This document shows positions 25,196-37,530 of a stretch of 37,530 nucleotides of DNA, in pieces. Below the pieces are notes generated by a model. The model did not search any database. It had not been told where the DNA came from and saw only the letters and a list, made by a program, of their open reading frames with translations. How positions within the stretch are numbered: position 1 is the stretch's first letter; every line of letters begins with the position of its first letter. Made by a program: the position numbers and the translations under genes. The stretch comes from Piromyces finnis finn (lineage: Eukaryota; Fungi; Neocallimastigomycota), in the NCBI GenBank assembly GCA_002104945.1, contig MCFH01000120.1, forward strand, positions 1 through 37,530, given 5' to 3'.

Positions 25196-26862
25196 ATGAA
25201 TAGCAATTACAATATTGATTATAATGACTGTGACAGTGATAAGAGCACTATGTCATTTCTTATGAGTCAGAACAAGACCTCTTTGAAGAGGTTGAATTTC
25301 AAGATGAAATGGTTCAACTCACTAATTTAATTAAAGAAAAAGAATTTGACATAGTTATCACAGCAATTGAATGCAATGTTTCAATTGAATTTTTAGACAT
25401 ATTATTAAGTAGATTAAAATATAATATCAATAAATTTACCGTTTTCAAAAATGGTGAAATTAAATCGCCACTATATGCTGCAATTTCAAAAAATCATTTT
25501 AAAATTGCAGACTTCATTATCAGTAAAGGGGGCGATGTCAATTATGTTCAAAATAATTTTAACATTGCAAAATTATTGATGGAAAATAATTTATTCACTA
25601 CCAAGGTCTTTATGTATCTTTTAAACAGAGATTGGGACATAATGATGATTAAACATTATGTTTACAATTTTAATTTTAGATACGATTTGGCATCCACATA
25701 TATCAAATATTTATGTGATAAAGACCTAGTTAATCAGTTACTTTCAATGTATCAGAAAAAAGATGGTATATCAAAAGAAAACTTTGACAAAATTGTAATG
25801 TGTGAAAGATCTTTTGATATACCTTATCAGTGGTATTACAGATGCATTTACCAAAATACATATGACCAATTTAAATTTTTCTCTTGTTACGATTCAAGAA
25901 AATCGCTAAAAAGTAAAATTGAATATATAATTAAGAATTTTGATGAAGCCGAACATCCTGGTTTTTCAACAAAGTTATACGAATTTTTTATCCAATATAA
26001 ATATAACAACAATAATATATGTTTAAATTATAAATTAATGTTGGACAATAACCAGGTTAAAAGATGCATGGATAAAATCATCAATGAAAAAAGAAATAAA
26101 TTAAATAATATTATTAAAGAATGCGATATTGAGAAATTGATTTGTTTTTATCAAGATAATGATGCATTAATGGACAATATTAACGATTCAAATTATGACG
26201 TACTCTCCAATGCTATATCTTTCGGGTTACCTTTGAATTTTATTGAATCTATTATTAATTTATTTTCATATTCAAACTTTGATTATGAAGTTCCAAAAAA
26301 CATTTTCGCAGAAACAATAACTCCCGCGGTTTATTCTCTTTTATTAAGTAGAAGCGATGTATGTTCTTTGCTCATTTCCAATGGTGCAGATATAAATTAT
26401 AGATTTATAGATAGTACTAATTCATTTAATATTTTAATAGATTTTTTAATTTTTCATAGGAAAGCATCTTTTGATGTTTTATATTATATTATTGAAAAAT
26501 TAAAAAATGAAAGTAAAAAAATTGAAAAATTGAGAATCCCAGAATACGTATTTCATATAATAATTAAACATAAAAAGAATGAATATTTCCCACTTTTGGC
26601 AAAAGAATATTTATGCTATAAAAAATTTCCAACAGGATGGTACTCTATGGCATTAAAATATAATAATTATGAAGTCGTAAATGATATGTATGTGCTTGAT
26701 GAAAGCACACCAGATCAAAAGGTAAAATTTATTTTAGAAGAATTAAAGAGAATTGGAAGTAATGACAAAGATGCCTATATATTATCTATGACAATTAAAA
26801 ATCAAGAATTTATTAAATATTTCAATAAATATAATGATTACAATGAATGGATAACTAATTAA
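25196..26862 (+). pseudogene. Second copy of the ankyrin-repeat gene with a 1-nt frameshift (or a 517-aa protein from ATG 25309)
   Basis: Reads ATGTCATTTCTT (25250-25261) against ATGTCAATTTCTT in the left copy, so one A is missing near 25255. One substitution (V>I, 25426 vs 19892). The deletion could be a consensus error. Confidence 0.65.
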
Positions 26863-27749
26863 AATAATATTATATTTATATTTTTATATTTAAATTTTTT
26901 CTTGTTTTATATATTTATTAATAAAAAAAACATGTAATAATTCATTTTTAAAATAAAATATAAATAAAATAATAAAAATATAATAAAAATATAATAAAAA
27001 AAATAAATTATTTCTTAAAGTATAAAAATTTTAAAAAAAAAAGTTTAAGTTTTTTTATGTTAAAGTTCAAATGAATTTTTTTTTAGATCAAATTTTTTTA
27101 AATGGACGATGAATAATTAATTAATGAATGAATGAAAAATTAATAAAAAAATCAAACTTTGAAAATTTACAAAAATTTCAATATTTTTTAAAATTTTACT
27201 TGAAAAAAGTTTAAATAAAATGTTTTAAATAAAAAAGAAATTATAAAATTTTAAACCATGTTATAGCACACAAATATATTATTACACATTTACTTTACTT
27301 AGTGAATTAATGCTAAAATGCCATTTATTAAAAAAACTTTATCATGAAAAAATATTTTAATATAAAAGAAATAAATGAAAAAGATTTACACAATTAAAAA
27401 AATTAAAATATATATAAAAAATGAAAATGAAATGTATTGTAAATATTTTAATATTATAAATTTATGCAAGAAATGTTTATTATATTTTAACATATTATTA
27501 AATATCAAGTCAATATAAGATATTGTAAATTAATAATTATAATAATAATCTTATTACGATTAATTTTTATTTATATTTTCGAGAATATAGAGAAAATAAA
27601 TAATTTTATATATTTTTATTTATTATTGATTTCTTATTACAAACTATTTTTAATTTTTACTTATTTTTTAATTTTTATTGTTACTTTTAAATTAATTAAA
27701 AACTGATACTATTTATATATTAAAATTTTATTATATAATTACTTATTTA

Positions 27750-27878
27750 TATTATTATTTTTATTATTATTATTATTATTTATTATTATTATATTATTAT
27801 TATTATTATTATTATTATTAGTAGTAGTAGTAGTAGTAGTAGTAGTAATAGTAGTAATATAGTAATAATAATAATAAT
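27750..27878. repeat. Mirror compound microsatellite (ATT)n(GTA)n(ATA)n
   Basis: Mirror of 17411-17541 with a different length and different interruptions. Confidence 0.9.
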
Positions 27879-30800
27879 ATATTAAGCATCATCATGTATT
27901 AATTTAAAAATATTTTAAATTTAAAAAAAACGATACGACTTTTTATTGTTATTCATATTATAACTTATATTCTTCATCACCTTTTTATAATATAAAATTA
28001 TTTAACCTATACTTCTTATTATAATTTCTAAATATAATATAAAAATAAAAATTTTAATTATTTTTATCTATTATTAATTTATTAATTTAAAAAGATATTC
28101 TTATTTTAGTAATACAATAAGATTTTACATTTGATATTTAGAGAAATTTAATAAAGTTATAAATATAAAATTATATTTTTTAAAACTTATTTATATTTTA
28201 CAGAAGTAATAATTAAAATATTCAACATTGATTAACTAAATACCTCATATTCAATGATATATAATCTATCAAATGATAATGATAATGATATTTGTAATAA
28301 CATAAGAATTATTATTTCTACTGCCATAATAGTATTATAAAATTTAGATATTTTGAATTATTAGTATTAAGTTTTTAAATAAAAACTTTTATTTTTTTTA
28401 AATATATATATAAAAATGAAACCAAAAAAAAAAACAATTAATTTATATAATTTTTATTATCTTTTCTAAAATTAATATTTTTATATAAAGTAAAATTTTT
28501 TATTTACTTTTTTTTTCAATAAGTTGTTTCATATAAATATATTTTATATTTTATATTATATATCAATTTATACTCTATTTCTTTTAATTATTAAATACTA
28601 TATATATATACTTAATTCTTCAAACCCACAAAATGAATTAATCATTAACCTCTAGTAATATAATCTAACCCTTTATAAATTTTGTTTAAAAATATTATAT
28701 CTATAATAGTATTATTTTAATTATATACAAATGATATAGCACACAGTTTTATTATTACTCATTTACTTTACTTAATAAAGTAGTATTAAAATACCATTTT
28801 TAAAGAATAATTGAAGTAAAAATAAATATTTACAGATATATTTTTATTTTTTCAATGTAAGTTTTATAAATTATCATCTTTCTTTTATATCCTATTTAAA
28901 CAGTTTTCTCATGATAAAAATTAGCCATAAAATTGTTAAAGTATTTTGTTTAAATTTCTTTTATAAAATATTTCGAGTTGTTTATATATACTATAAAAGA
29001 AAAATATATAAAACATATAATAAATAGTTGAAAATTGAATTAATATAAAAATGAAGTACACTTTAAATATTCAATACAACTTTATACAAGAAATATTTAT
29101 TATATTTTATTTTAACTTGCTATTCTATATAAGTTAAAAAACATTAAACTTTATATTAAATAATAATGATGATGGTGGTGATAATGATAATAATTAGCAT
29201 TTTTTTTTTTCATTTTTGATACTAAGTAATACTTGATTTTATATTTTATTTGGTAGAAATGTAGAAATGTAGTTAGAAATTACTTATCAATATAGATTTT
29301 GATTAAGTTAAATTATAATCTATACATCTTTGAATAGTAAATTAGAACCATTACTTTATCATTTAATAATTAACTATAATTTTTAAATATACATTGATAA
29401 ATATAGGTAAATTCTTAATATTTTTAAATAGATAAAAATGTAATTTGACATATGGAAAAGTTTAAAATTTTACTTATTTCAAAATCATTAAATGAAAGAA
29501 TAAATCAAATGATATATAACTGAATAAAAGAATTATTAATTAAATAAAAAATGAAAGAATCAATTTATTAATAGATAAATGAATGAATCTATTATTATAT
29601 TAACGAATAAATAAATTAATATATATAAATTAATAAATGAATATGCAAATAAATGACTATTTTAACTAAAATAATTTGAAAAGTCTCAATATTTTTTTTT
29701 TTTTAATTTTTAATATATTAAAATAAAGAATTTTTTTTAAAGATAGTTGAAAATAAATATTAAATATGAAGATGTTATTATATTAAAATATACTTAATAG
29801 TTAAAGTTTATATAAATTAAAAATAAAAAGTTATAAAATATAAATAATTTATAATGTGTAATACTTTAAGTTAATAAAAATGTAATTTGGGAAAAAATAA
29901 ATTATCTTTTATTTTACAATTTTATTCATAATATTGCTTTTTTTTTTTTAATTTTCAAGTTTTAAATATTAAATTATTCCAATATTTAAATAAAATATGC
30001 TTTAATTTAAATAGTGTAAATAACATAATAATAATATATTAAAACATTTTAATGATATATACACATGCATGATATGATATACAAGTTTATTATTATTCAT
30101 TTACTTAATAAAATGTCATTTTTTAAAATAATATTTGAGGTACTAATAAAATATTAAAAGTATATTTTATTTTTTTCAATTTTGAATTTTTCAAAATTTT
30201 TCTTATTTTCTTTTTACATCCATGTGAATATTTTTTTATTGTAATAATTAAGAAAATATTTTCACAATTTTTATCAATAAATTATTTAACAATATATATA
30301 TATTTTAAATAAAATACCATTCTTAAAACTTTGATTAATATCATTATAAAATAATTTTTTTTTAAATTATAATCATTTAATATTCGACAGATTTTTTAAA
30401 AGATGACTAGTTCATCAATATTTATAATTTTTTTAATTCAACTATTATGAAAAAAAATGCATATATATTTTAACAATGAAATGTTTCAATCAATAATATT
30501 GATTATATAACCTCATTAACTAATAGAGCTAACAATAATGTTAATTGATGAATTAATATACATCCTAGATTTTGGACGAATTTATCCAGATATTTTAGCC
30601 ATAAGAATTTCGACTTCTTTCAGACTTTCAGGCAGAAAAATTATTAAAACTAATATTTTTGAAATATTCTTATAATTTTTTTGTTATAATAAATATATAT
30701 ATATATGTTATTTCAATTAGATAAATTGTTTATATGGTTCCTTAGATTAAATATTGAATATAAATGCATATGTTTATTATAATAAAATTTTTATTTCATT

Positions 30801-33800
30801 ATTTAGATATTATTAATAAATAATTATTGTATATGTACTTTTTTTGATAATAAGTGATCAGTTTCAATAAAATATTTTACTATTTATTTTTTCTTCATAT
30901 ATTAAATAATTCACTGCAACAGTCGAAGATATAAATAATTTTCAATTTTTGCTTTATTCATTTCAACACTTTTATACAATATATTATTTATATTATTAGA
31001 GTACGTACTGTTTTTTTTAAATATCATATAAATATTAGTTTTATATTGTTTAATGAAATTTTTAATAATACAAAATATACATTAGATTTGCAAAAAAAAC
31101 TATGCATTATAGTATTTTTCTTTTTTCTTTTGTATTTTCTACAAAGTACCTCCAACAATATTGTATTCATTCTTTTATACAATCATTAATAAATTATTTG
31201 CTTAATTATTTTTTTAATATAGTTTATTAATATTTATTCGTATTTTTATGGTATTAGATTTTTAATTACTTATAAATATTAATGCATCTTATATATTAAT
31301 ATGCATTTTCTAATGTATATATATACATATTATTATATTAAAATTATTAGGGTTAATAATTAAAGAATGTTTTTTAGTTTCAACATTTAAATATTAAAAT
31401 AGAAAATTTTCAATCAAATTTTTTTAATGAAATATTTAAACTTTTAAAATTATATTTAAAAAGAAATAATAAAATTCTAAAAAAATAATTAAAAATGAAT
31501 TATTAATGTTTAATTATAATAGTATTCCAAATGAAAGAAAAGAGTTGTAATTTGTTAATTGTTAATATTAATACTTTTAATTTTGTATAACAATTTTAAA
31601 ATTATTTGAAAATAAAAATTAAATATATATATGAAGATATTTTACAATAAAAGATTTCTAATAGTTCAATTATACATATTATAGAAAATTAATAATAAAA
31701 ACAATATAATAAAATATAAATAATCTTCAATATATATGTATAATAGTACTTTAATTAATAAAAATATAATTTTAAAAATTTATTTTTTTTTCTTTTACAG
31801 CCTAACCCATTATAATAAAGATAAATTATTATCTATCATATAACCATGATATATCCACAAATTTATTATTACTTATATACTTAATATATTAATATTGAAA
31901 GCAGATTTTTAAAGAATAATTGGTATAATAATAAATAATTAAGGATATGTTTTTTATTTTTCCAATTTTAAATTTTACAAAATTTATTTTTTTTTTCCTT
32001 ATATTCACCATTTAAATATTTTTCTCATTATAAAAATTAGACAAAAAATTATTTAAAATTTTTATTTTATTTTCTTTTATAATATATTCAGATTATTTAT
32101 TTAAACTTAATATATAACATATAATAAATTAAATTTTTATAAAAAATGAAAATGAAATATATTTTATATATTTTAATATAACCAAATTTAAACATTACAT
32201 GGTTATAATATTTTTATATTTACATTATTTTTTATATTTTTATTCAATATAATGGTACCGATAATGGTAATAATAATAATAATAATAGTTAATATTTTTT
32301 CATTTTTGCTTTTTCTTTACTATAGTTTTATATTTATTTAGTATTCCAGAATTTTTTTTATAATTTATTTAGATATATAAAATAAATTTTTTATATATCT
32401 AAATATTTTTATTATTTTCTATATATATAACCTAATAATATAAATGAAAAAATGTATTATAAAAGATAAAAGTCATGTTTTTATCTTTTAATTAGTATAC
32501 AAAGGTATCCAAAAGAGTCCAAATGAAAATAAATTTTGTGTTAAATCTTAAATTTTAAGTATACAATAAATTTTTAATCTACCAAAAAAAATTTAATTCT
32601 TCAAGTTTTACAAAGATTGAAAAAAATTTATTCTTATTCCAAAGAGGTTCATAAAAGTTTAAAAATTCCAAAGATTCTAAAGTGTTCTTAAAGTCCATAA
32701 GACTTTCATATTTATCATCCATCACAACTTTTAAAAAATATTTTAATATTTAATTGCAATGTTCTTATTTAATATTGTATTAACTTAAGGAACTTTATTT
32801 ATCCAACATGTAAACACTAAATAATTAAGTAAATATATTTTCTTTAAAAATGTATTTCTTTATTTTATTTTATTTTTATATTAATAGAGTAATAAAAAAA
32901 CAAAGAAAAAAAATCATTTCATTTTTTTCAAATTTATTTTTTATATATATTTTTCCAATACTTGAATAATCTAATCAAAACATTTTGAATTATAAAGTAT
33001 TAATTTGATTTTATTAAATTTTTTAATTAATCTAATATAAAAGATTATTAATTTTATTGTGAAATAAATTTAATTAATAATTTTATTAATAAGGTTAACA
33101 AAGAGAAAAAGTTACATTGTAAATATTACAGTTATATAATAAGATATGATATAAAAATAATATGTAAATTGAACATATTTTTATATTAGTAATTTTTCCT
33201 AATATTAAATTTATATAGTTTTATTATAATATTAATTGTTTCTACAATGTACAAGAATGTAATGTAAATGTATGACAAATGTAATATCATATAATGAATG
33301 ATCCATATAGTTCCAACCTTATAATTGGACAATTAGTTATAAAGTAAGCCTCATTAGTATAAATAGACTAGAATAAATATTTTTTTAAAAAGGGCTTCTT
33401 TTTTAGTTAGAATTTTTAATATTTGACAATGACAGAACGTTTTAGTATTTAGACAGAATAGAAATATTGGAACTTAATAAATAAAGTTATTAATAAAACA
33501 TATATTATTTAAAATTTAATTCTTTCTACATAAAATTAACTGATATGAAATTAATATGTCTAGCTACATATTAGCCATATTTAAAAATTTATATATAATA
33601 TTTCATAATAATAATATAATAATTGATATATATTATAATACATTATTTATATATTAGTTATAGAATTCATGTACATATTTCATTATATTCTTAAATATTA
33701 ATATTATATATTAGTATTAATTTTATTGTAATACTTATTTGTATTACATTACCTTTCCTTATATAGTAATATTTCATATAAAATGTAAAATATATTATAC

Positions 33801-34098
33801 TATATCCTATTTAATTATTATTCATATATTATGAATACATTACATTATATAATTGATATTCAATTATATTATAGGAATTTTATAATATAAAAATATTCAT
33901 GTAAAAATAATTAATAATTAGAAAGAGAAGAGCTTTAATAATTAATAAGAAAATATTATAAGTGAAATTATTAATAAGAGAGAAGTTAATAGTAATAAAA
34001 TATTTTTCACCTAATATAATAAATTATAAATAAACTAATATTAAATTACTACAACATAAAAGAAACTTATATCATAACCTGTATCAGATGCAAGGTCA

Positions 34099-34268
34099 TG
34101 TGACCATAAAAAATAAAATAAAATAAATAAAAAATGATTATCTCTACAACACGTAGATATTACGTTTACAACACTTTTAATACATGTTTATATTTTTATA
34201 AGTTAGTCACGTGTGTTTATAAATATATGATATAGATAAATAAAATTATGTGTCCATAAATGTTCACA
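34099..34268 (-). repeat. Copia 3' LTR, intact right copy (170 bp)
   Basis: Minus strand TGTGAACA...ATGGTCACA with TGTGA/TCACA termini. PPT GAGGGGGAG at 34277-34269. Confidence 0.88.
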
Positions 34269-34280
34269 CTCCCCCTCAAA

Positions 34281-34420
34281 TTAGATTTTCTTTAAAAATA
34301 TCTTATTTGTATATTCAAACATTCTTGGACCAGGTAGATCTTTATTTAAAGGGTCAGCTAGCATTTCTTTAGTGTTTATGTATTCAATTTTTATATTATT
34401 CTTTTCTATGTTGTCAATAA

Positions 34421-34466
<46 letters not shown>

Positions 34467-35834
34467 TTCCGAGTGCATTTCTCCCATCGATCAGAGTTAG
34501 CTCCAATGGTGGTTCTTAGAGAAACGTTGGCTCATTCCTATTGCTAGGTGGTTGTGACCCTCCTGGTCTGTCATACTGTCAATAATGAAATAGTAGTGTA
34601 TATTAATGTGTTTTAGCTCAGTATTTATTTCACCGTTTTCTATTATTTTCTTGTTTGCCTTGTTACCGGTGAATAAAGTTATATTTTTGTTGTAATTAAA
34701 AATTTCATCTACCATGTTTTTGATCCATAAGATTTTCGTTTCTCGGATAACCAGCATATTGGGCTATTTCCCATTAGAATTATCCCTCCAGAGGTAGATT
34801 TAAAGTCTTCTGCGCCTCCTTAGTCCGAATCAGTGTATCCTTGGATTTTTCCTTCCCCACTATATTCGATTAAATAATGCCTGATGGTAGATAAGTATCT
34901 GAATATATTTACAATTATGTTCCAGTTAGATATTGTTAGCCTTTCGGATTTTTTTGCAGCTTTGTTTACTGCAAACGCAATATTCGGTCTTGTACATTTT
35001 GACAAGTATATTAATGAACCGATTGCACTTTTATATTTGGTTTTATCAAATGGATTATTATTTGAGGTGCTCTTGTCAATTGTTATACATGACATATTTC
35101 TTCTACGTACATTTTCCATATGAAATCTTTGTAATACATTATTAATGTAATTCTCTTGAGAAATAATGTATTTGGATTCTTTCTTCTCGATCTTTATTTC
35201 TAGAATATAGTTGATGGGCCACTATTTGATATTTTAAATTTACTTTTAATCTTGCTTATTACTCTCTCTATTGTATTTTTTTTTCCAACTATAGACCAAT
35301 TATACATTTTACGTATTTATTTTCTTTTAACTTATATATACATGATTTGAATCTATTGTTTTGTTCCATTGTCTTCCTGATTGTTTTAAACTACAGAGAG
35401 CTTTATTCAGCTTCCAGTATCATCCCCCAAAGTTGCTATCTCCAAGCAGAATTGTAGTATATATATCCATATCTAAAAGAGCATTGAGGTAGGAAGCTTT
35501 AATATCAAGCTGATATATATTCCACTTAAATTTTGCTGCAATAGCAATAATAAATTTTAGATTGTCAATATTTAAAGTAGGAAAATAGGTCAAGTCAATA
35601 CCCTGTTTTTGACGGAAACCTCTGGAGACAAGTCTAGCTTTAAAACGTACTATTTTATTATTGCTGTCCCTTTTAATAGCAAAAACCCATTTAGTAGATA
35701 TAATGTTTTCATTTTTTAAGATATTTTTAACCAAGGACATGATCTTGTTTGAATACAAATTATTTAATTCATCTTGAATGGCAGCTTTCCAACAATTCGA
35801 ATTCGTACAAGACATAACTTCTTTGTACGTAGTG
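34281..35834 (-). pseudogene. Mirror copy of copia RT and RNase H, with the poly(A) retroinsertion inside RNase H
   Basis: Mirror of 10129-11517, with four transitions and the 34426-34576 insert. Confidence 0.92.
34426..34576 (-). mobile_element. Poly(A)-tailed retroposed insert (SINE-like, retrocopied small RNA, or 5'-truncated LINE end)
   Basis: 113-nt body (54/113 G+C) plus A38 on the minus strand. Flanked by the direct repeat TGTCAATAATGAAA (34412-34425 and 34577-34590), which is single at the left-arm empty site (~11373-11386). Confidence 0.9.
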
Positions 35835-36058
35835 TAGTGTGAGCATCAGTAAATACGGTAGCTATAAATTTATACTTGTGCTTCTTAGAAGTACCAGAAT
35901 TATACAAAGAGGTAGGATGTAAAGATATAAATATACTCATCACTATGCGGATCCAAAAAGGGACTACTATGTTAAGAACAATGATTCCCATGAAGAAGAA
36001 AAGAAAAAAGGTCTTTGTTTTTTATGCAAGAAGCCGGGACACCTACAATTCAACTGTC
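35835..36058 (+). pseudogene. Mirror gypsy gag zinc-knuckle remnant
   Basis: GLCFLCKKPGHLQFNC; mirror of 9905-10128. Confidence 0.85.
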
Positions 36059-36671
36059 TGTAAAGATATCAAATGCCTCAACTTGATATCTTTAATGTAA
36101 CTTAAGCCACAAGTATTATTATTTAAGTTACACAAATTATATTCAGAAAAAGAAAATGAGACATAATTTATTTATTAATAATTAAAGTTTAAAACAAAAT
36201 AAATTATTAATTTATTTTTAATGTTTAACAAGTAAATTAAAATTCTCAATTTAAATCCCTAGTTTTAGTATTGTATTTTTTTAAAATAGATAAATAATGT
36301 ATAAATAATAAATGATTAATATATCAATAATACATGGGCACATATTCAAATTGAATAGTACTTAATTTTAATTGCCAATTGCATTTTACTAAAAATAATT
36401 ATAGTTTAAATATTTATTAATAATTAAGATTTTAGTGTAGATTTTAAATAATATATAAGAAATAAATAGTTATAATATAGTATAAATGTATTTAGGAAAA
36501 ATATAAATAGAAGATATTTTTCATCATTTTATCAATGTAATTGTTATTAATAAAATTTCTATTATAATAAAAGATATTTTTTAATAAAACAATTTTTATT
36601 TTTTATTTTAAATTTAGTGTTATTGTAATAGAATAGATATCCTAATCTATTCTTTCTGTGTCGCCATTACA
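36059..36671 (+). mobile_element. Mirror copy of the 613-bp solo LTR
   Basis: TGTAAAG...ATTACA with TSD CTGTC (36054-36058 and 36672-36676). Confidence 0.92.
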
Positions 36672-37530
36672 CTGTCCTAACAAGAGAAAGCCAATGAATG
36701 TTAGAATCATTCAGGAAAAAGGCTCACATTCTAACGATACTGCCTCTTTGAATAGAATAATTAAGCTAGATAAATTTATGGACATAGCTACAATCCATGA
36801 AATTGTGAAGAGAGAAAATTTATCAAGAAAGAAAAATAATATCCTTAACTTCTCAATTAAGTCAAATGAAGGAGATGAAGTCAGAGCTAGAGTACTAATT
36901 GATTCTGGATCTGATCTTAACTTTATTCACCATGACTTTATTAAAAAACATAAAATCGGAACTAGAAAAGTTAAGGAATTAATAAGAGTTACGGGATTGG
37001 GATGTGATGTAGCCGTGGTTGAAAGTGAAACAGAAAAGTGTATTCTTCGCTATCGAACCATTCGAGGTTATCAAGCTCTATGCTCTTAGAATTCCAGATG
37101 TCGATATCATTCTTGGTATCCCTTGGATTGATAAGCATAGCCCTCAAAACTACCACGGACGCGAGCAAAATTCGGTTTAATTCTGATTATTGTTCTCGCC
37201 ATTGTAATAATGGAAAAGAAAAGCACAAATCAAAAAAGAAATCTAATAAAAAGAACAAACTCTATACAAGAAACCAAATTATGACAAAATCCTCAAGTTC
37301 ACAAAGAAAATTATCGGAGGTGATGAGATACTGATGAAGATTTGAATATGTTCGTGCGTGTTCTCGTATTTGTACTATTGTTGATAATAATAGTGATAAT
37401 GATGATTTTTATCATTATAGGAATTTTAATAAAAACTTAAATTGTAATAACTGTAATAGTATTAGTGATAGTTTTAGTCTTGGTTAATTAATTATAAAAA
37501 TAGTTTTTAATGTAATTTTGTTAGTTAATA
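36672..37530 (+). pseudogene. Mirror gypsy protease region, cut by the window end
   Basis: [10 protein letters not shown]. Mirror of 8432-9291, with many small indels after ~37050. Confidence 0.88.

Larger units (their letters stand above)
22772..37530 (-). repeat. Right arm of the giant inverted repeat (runs to the window end)
   Basis: Mirror of 8432-22546 with the arm-specific differences listed under findings. Confidence 0.97.

Noticed and set aside
34464-34576. Insert as a hammerhead ribozyme, 5S rRNA, tRNA-derived SINE or SRP fragment
   Set aside because: CTGATCGA..GAAA resembles a hammerhead core but has an extra base, no stem II and no U before the cleavage position. The 5S-like words (CTCGGAAG, GATGGGAGA) are in the wrong order. 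The A/B-box-like words are on the strand opposite the poly(A) and too close together. CAGG..AGCA lacks the GNRA loop of SRP helix 8.
34281-34757. Poly-Lys ORF 34281..34487 and chimeric ORF 34497..34757
   Set aside because: Produced by translating the poly(A) tail and body of the retroinsertion fused to RNase H.
37050-37530. Many small indels between the arms at the window end
   Set aside because: Density rises sharply towards the end and is homopolymer-type, as expected for low-coverage consensus at a contig end. Not counted as biological divergence.

Overview
Very AT-rich eukaryotic DNA. The composition, the LTR-retrotransposon load and an intronless ankyrin-repeat gene suggest an anaerobic gut fungus (Neocallimastigomycota); this assignment is inference only. 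About 29 kb of the window (~8,432 to the window end) is one giant inverted repeat: two ~14-15 kb near-identical arms around a ~225-bp AT-rich spacer (22,547-22,771). The arms carry a head-to-head pair of ankyrin-repeat genes, one intact (555 aa) and one with a 1-nt frameshift. They also carry mirror copies of the end of a nested retrotransposon stack: a decayed Ty1/copia element interrupted by a 1.7-kb TG..CA element and by a chromodomain-bearing Ty3/gypsy element, which itself holds a 613-bp solo LTR. The arms are not identical. The right arm alone has a 113-nt GC-rich poly(A)-tailed retroinsertion with a 14-bp TSD and an 839-bp segment. The left arm alone has a T155 run and a 124-bp tandem duplication. 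The ~11 substitutions found by eye are almost all transitions and lie mostly in the outer arms. This favours a real, young chromosomal palindrome over a fold-back read, but read-level checks are needed. A cryptic four-copy degenerate repeat with ~1.5-1.8 kb spacing lies in the non-coding part of each arm. No rRNA, tRNA or CRISPR array was found. All arm comparisons were made by eye and are not exhaustive.
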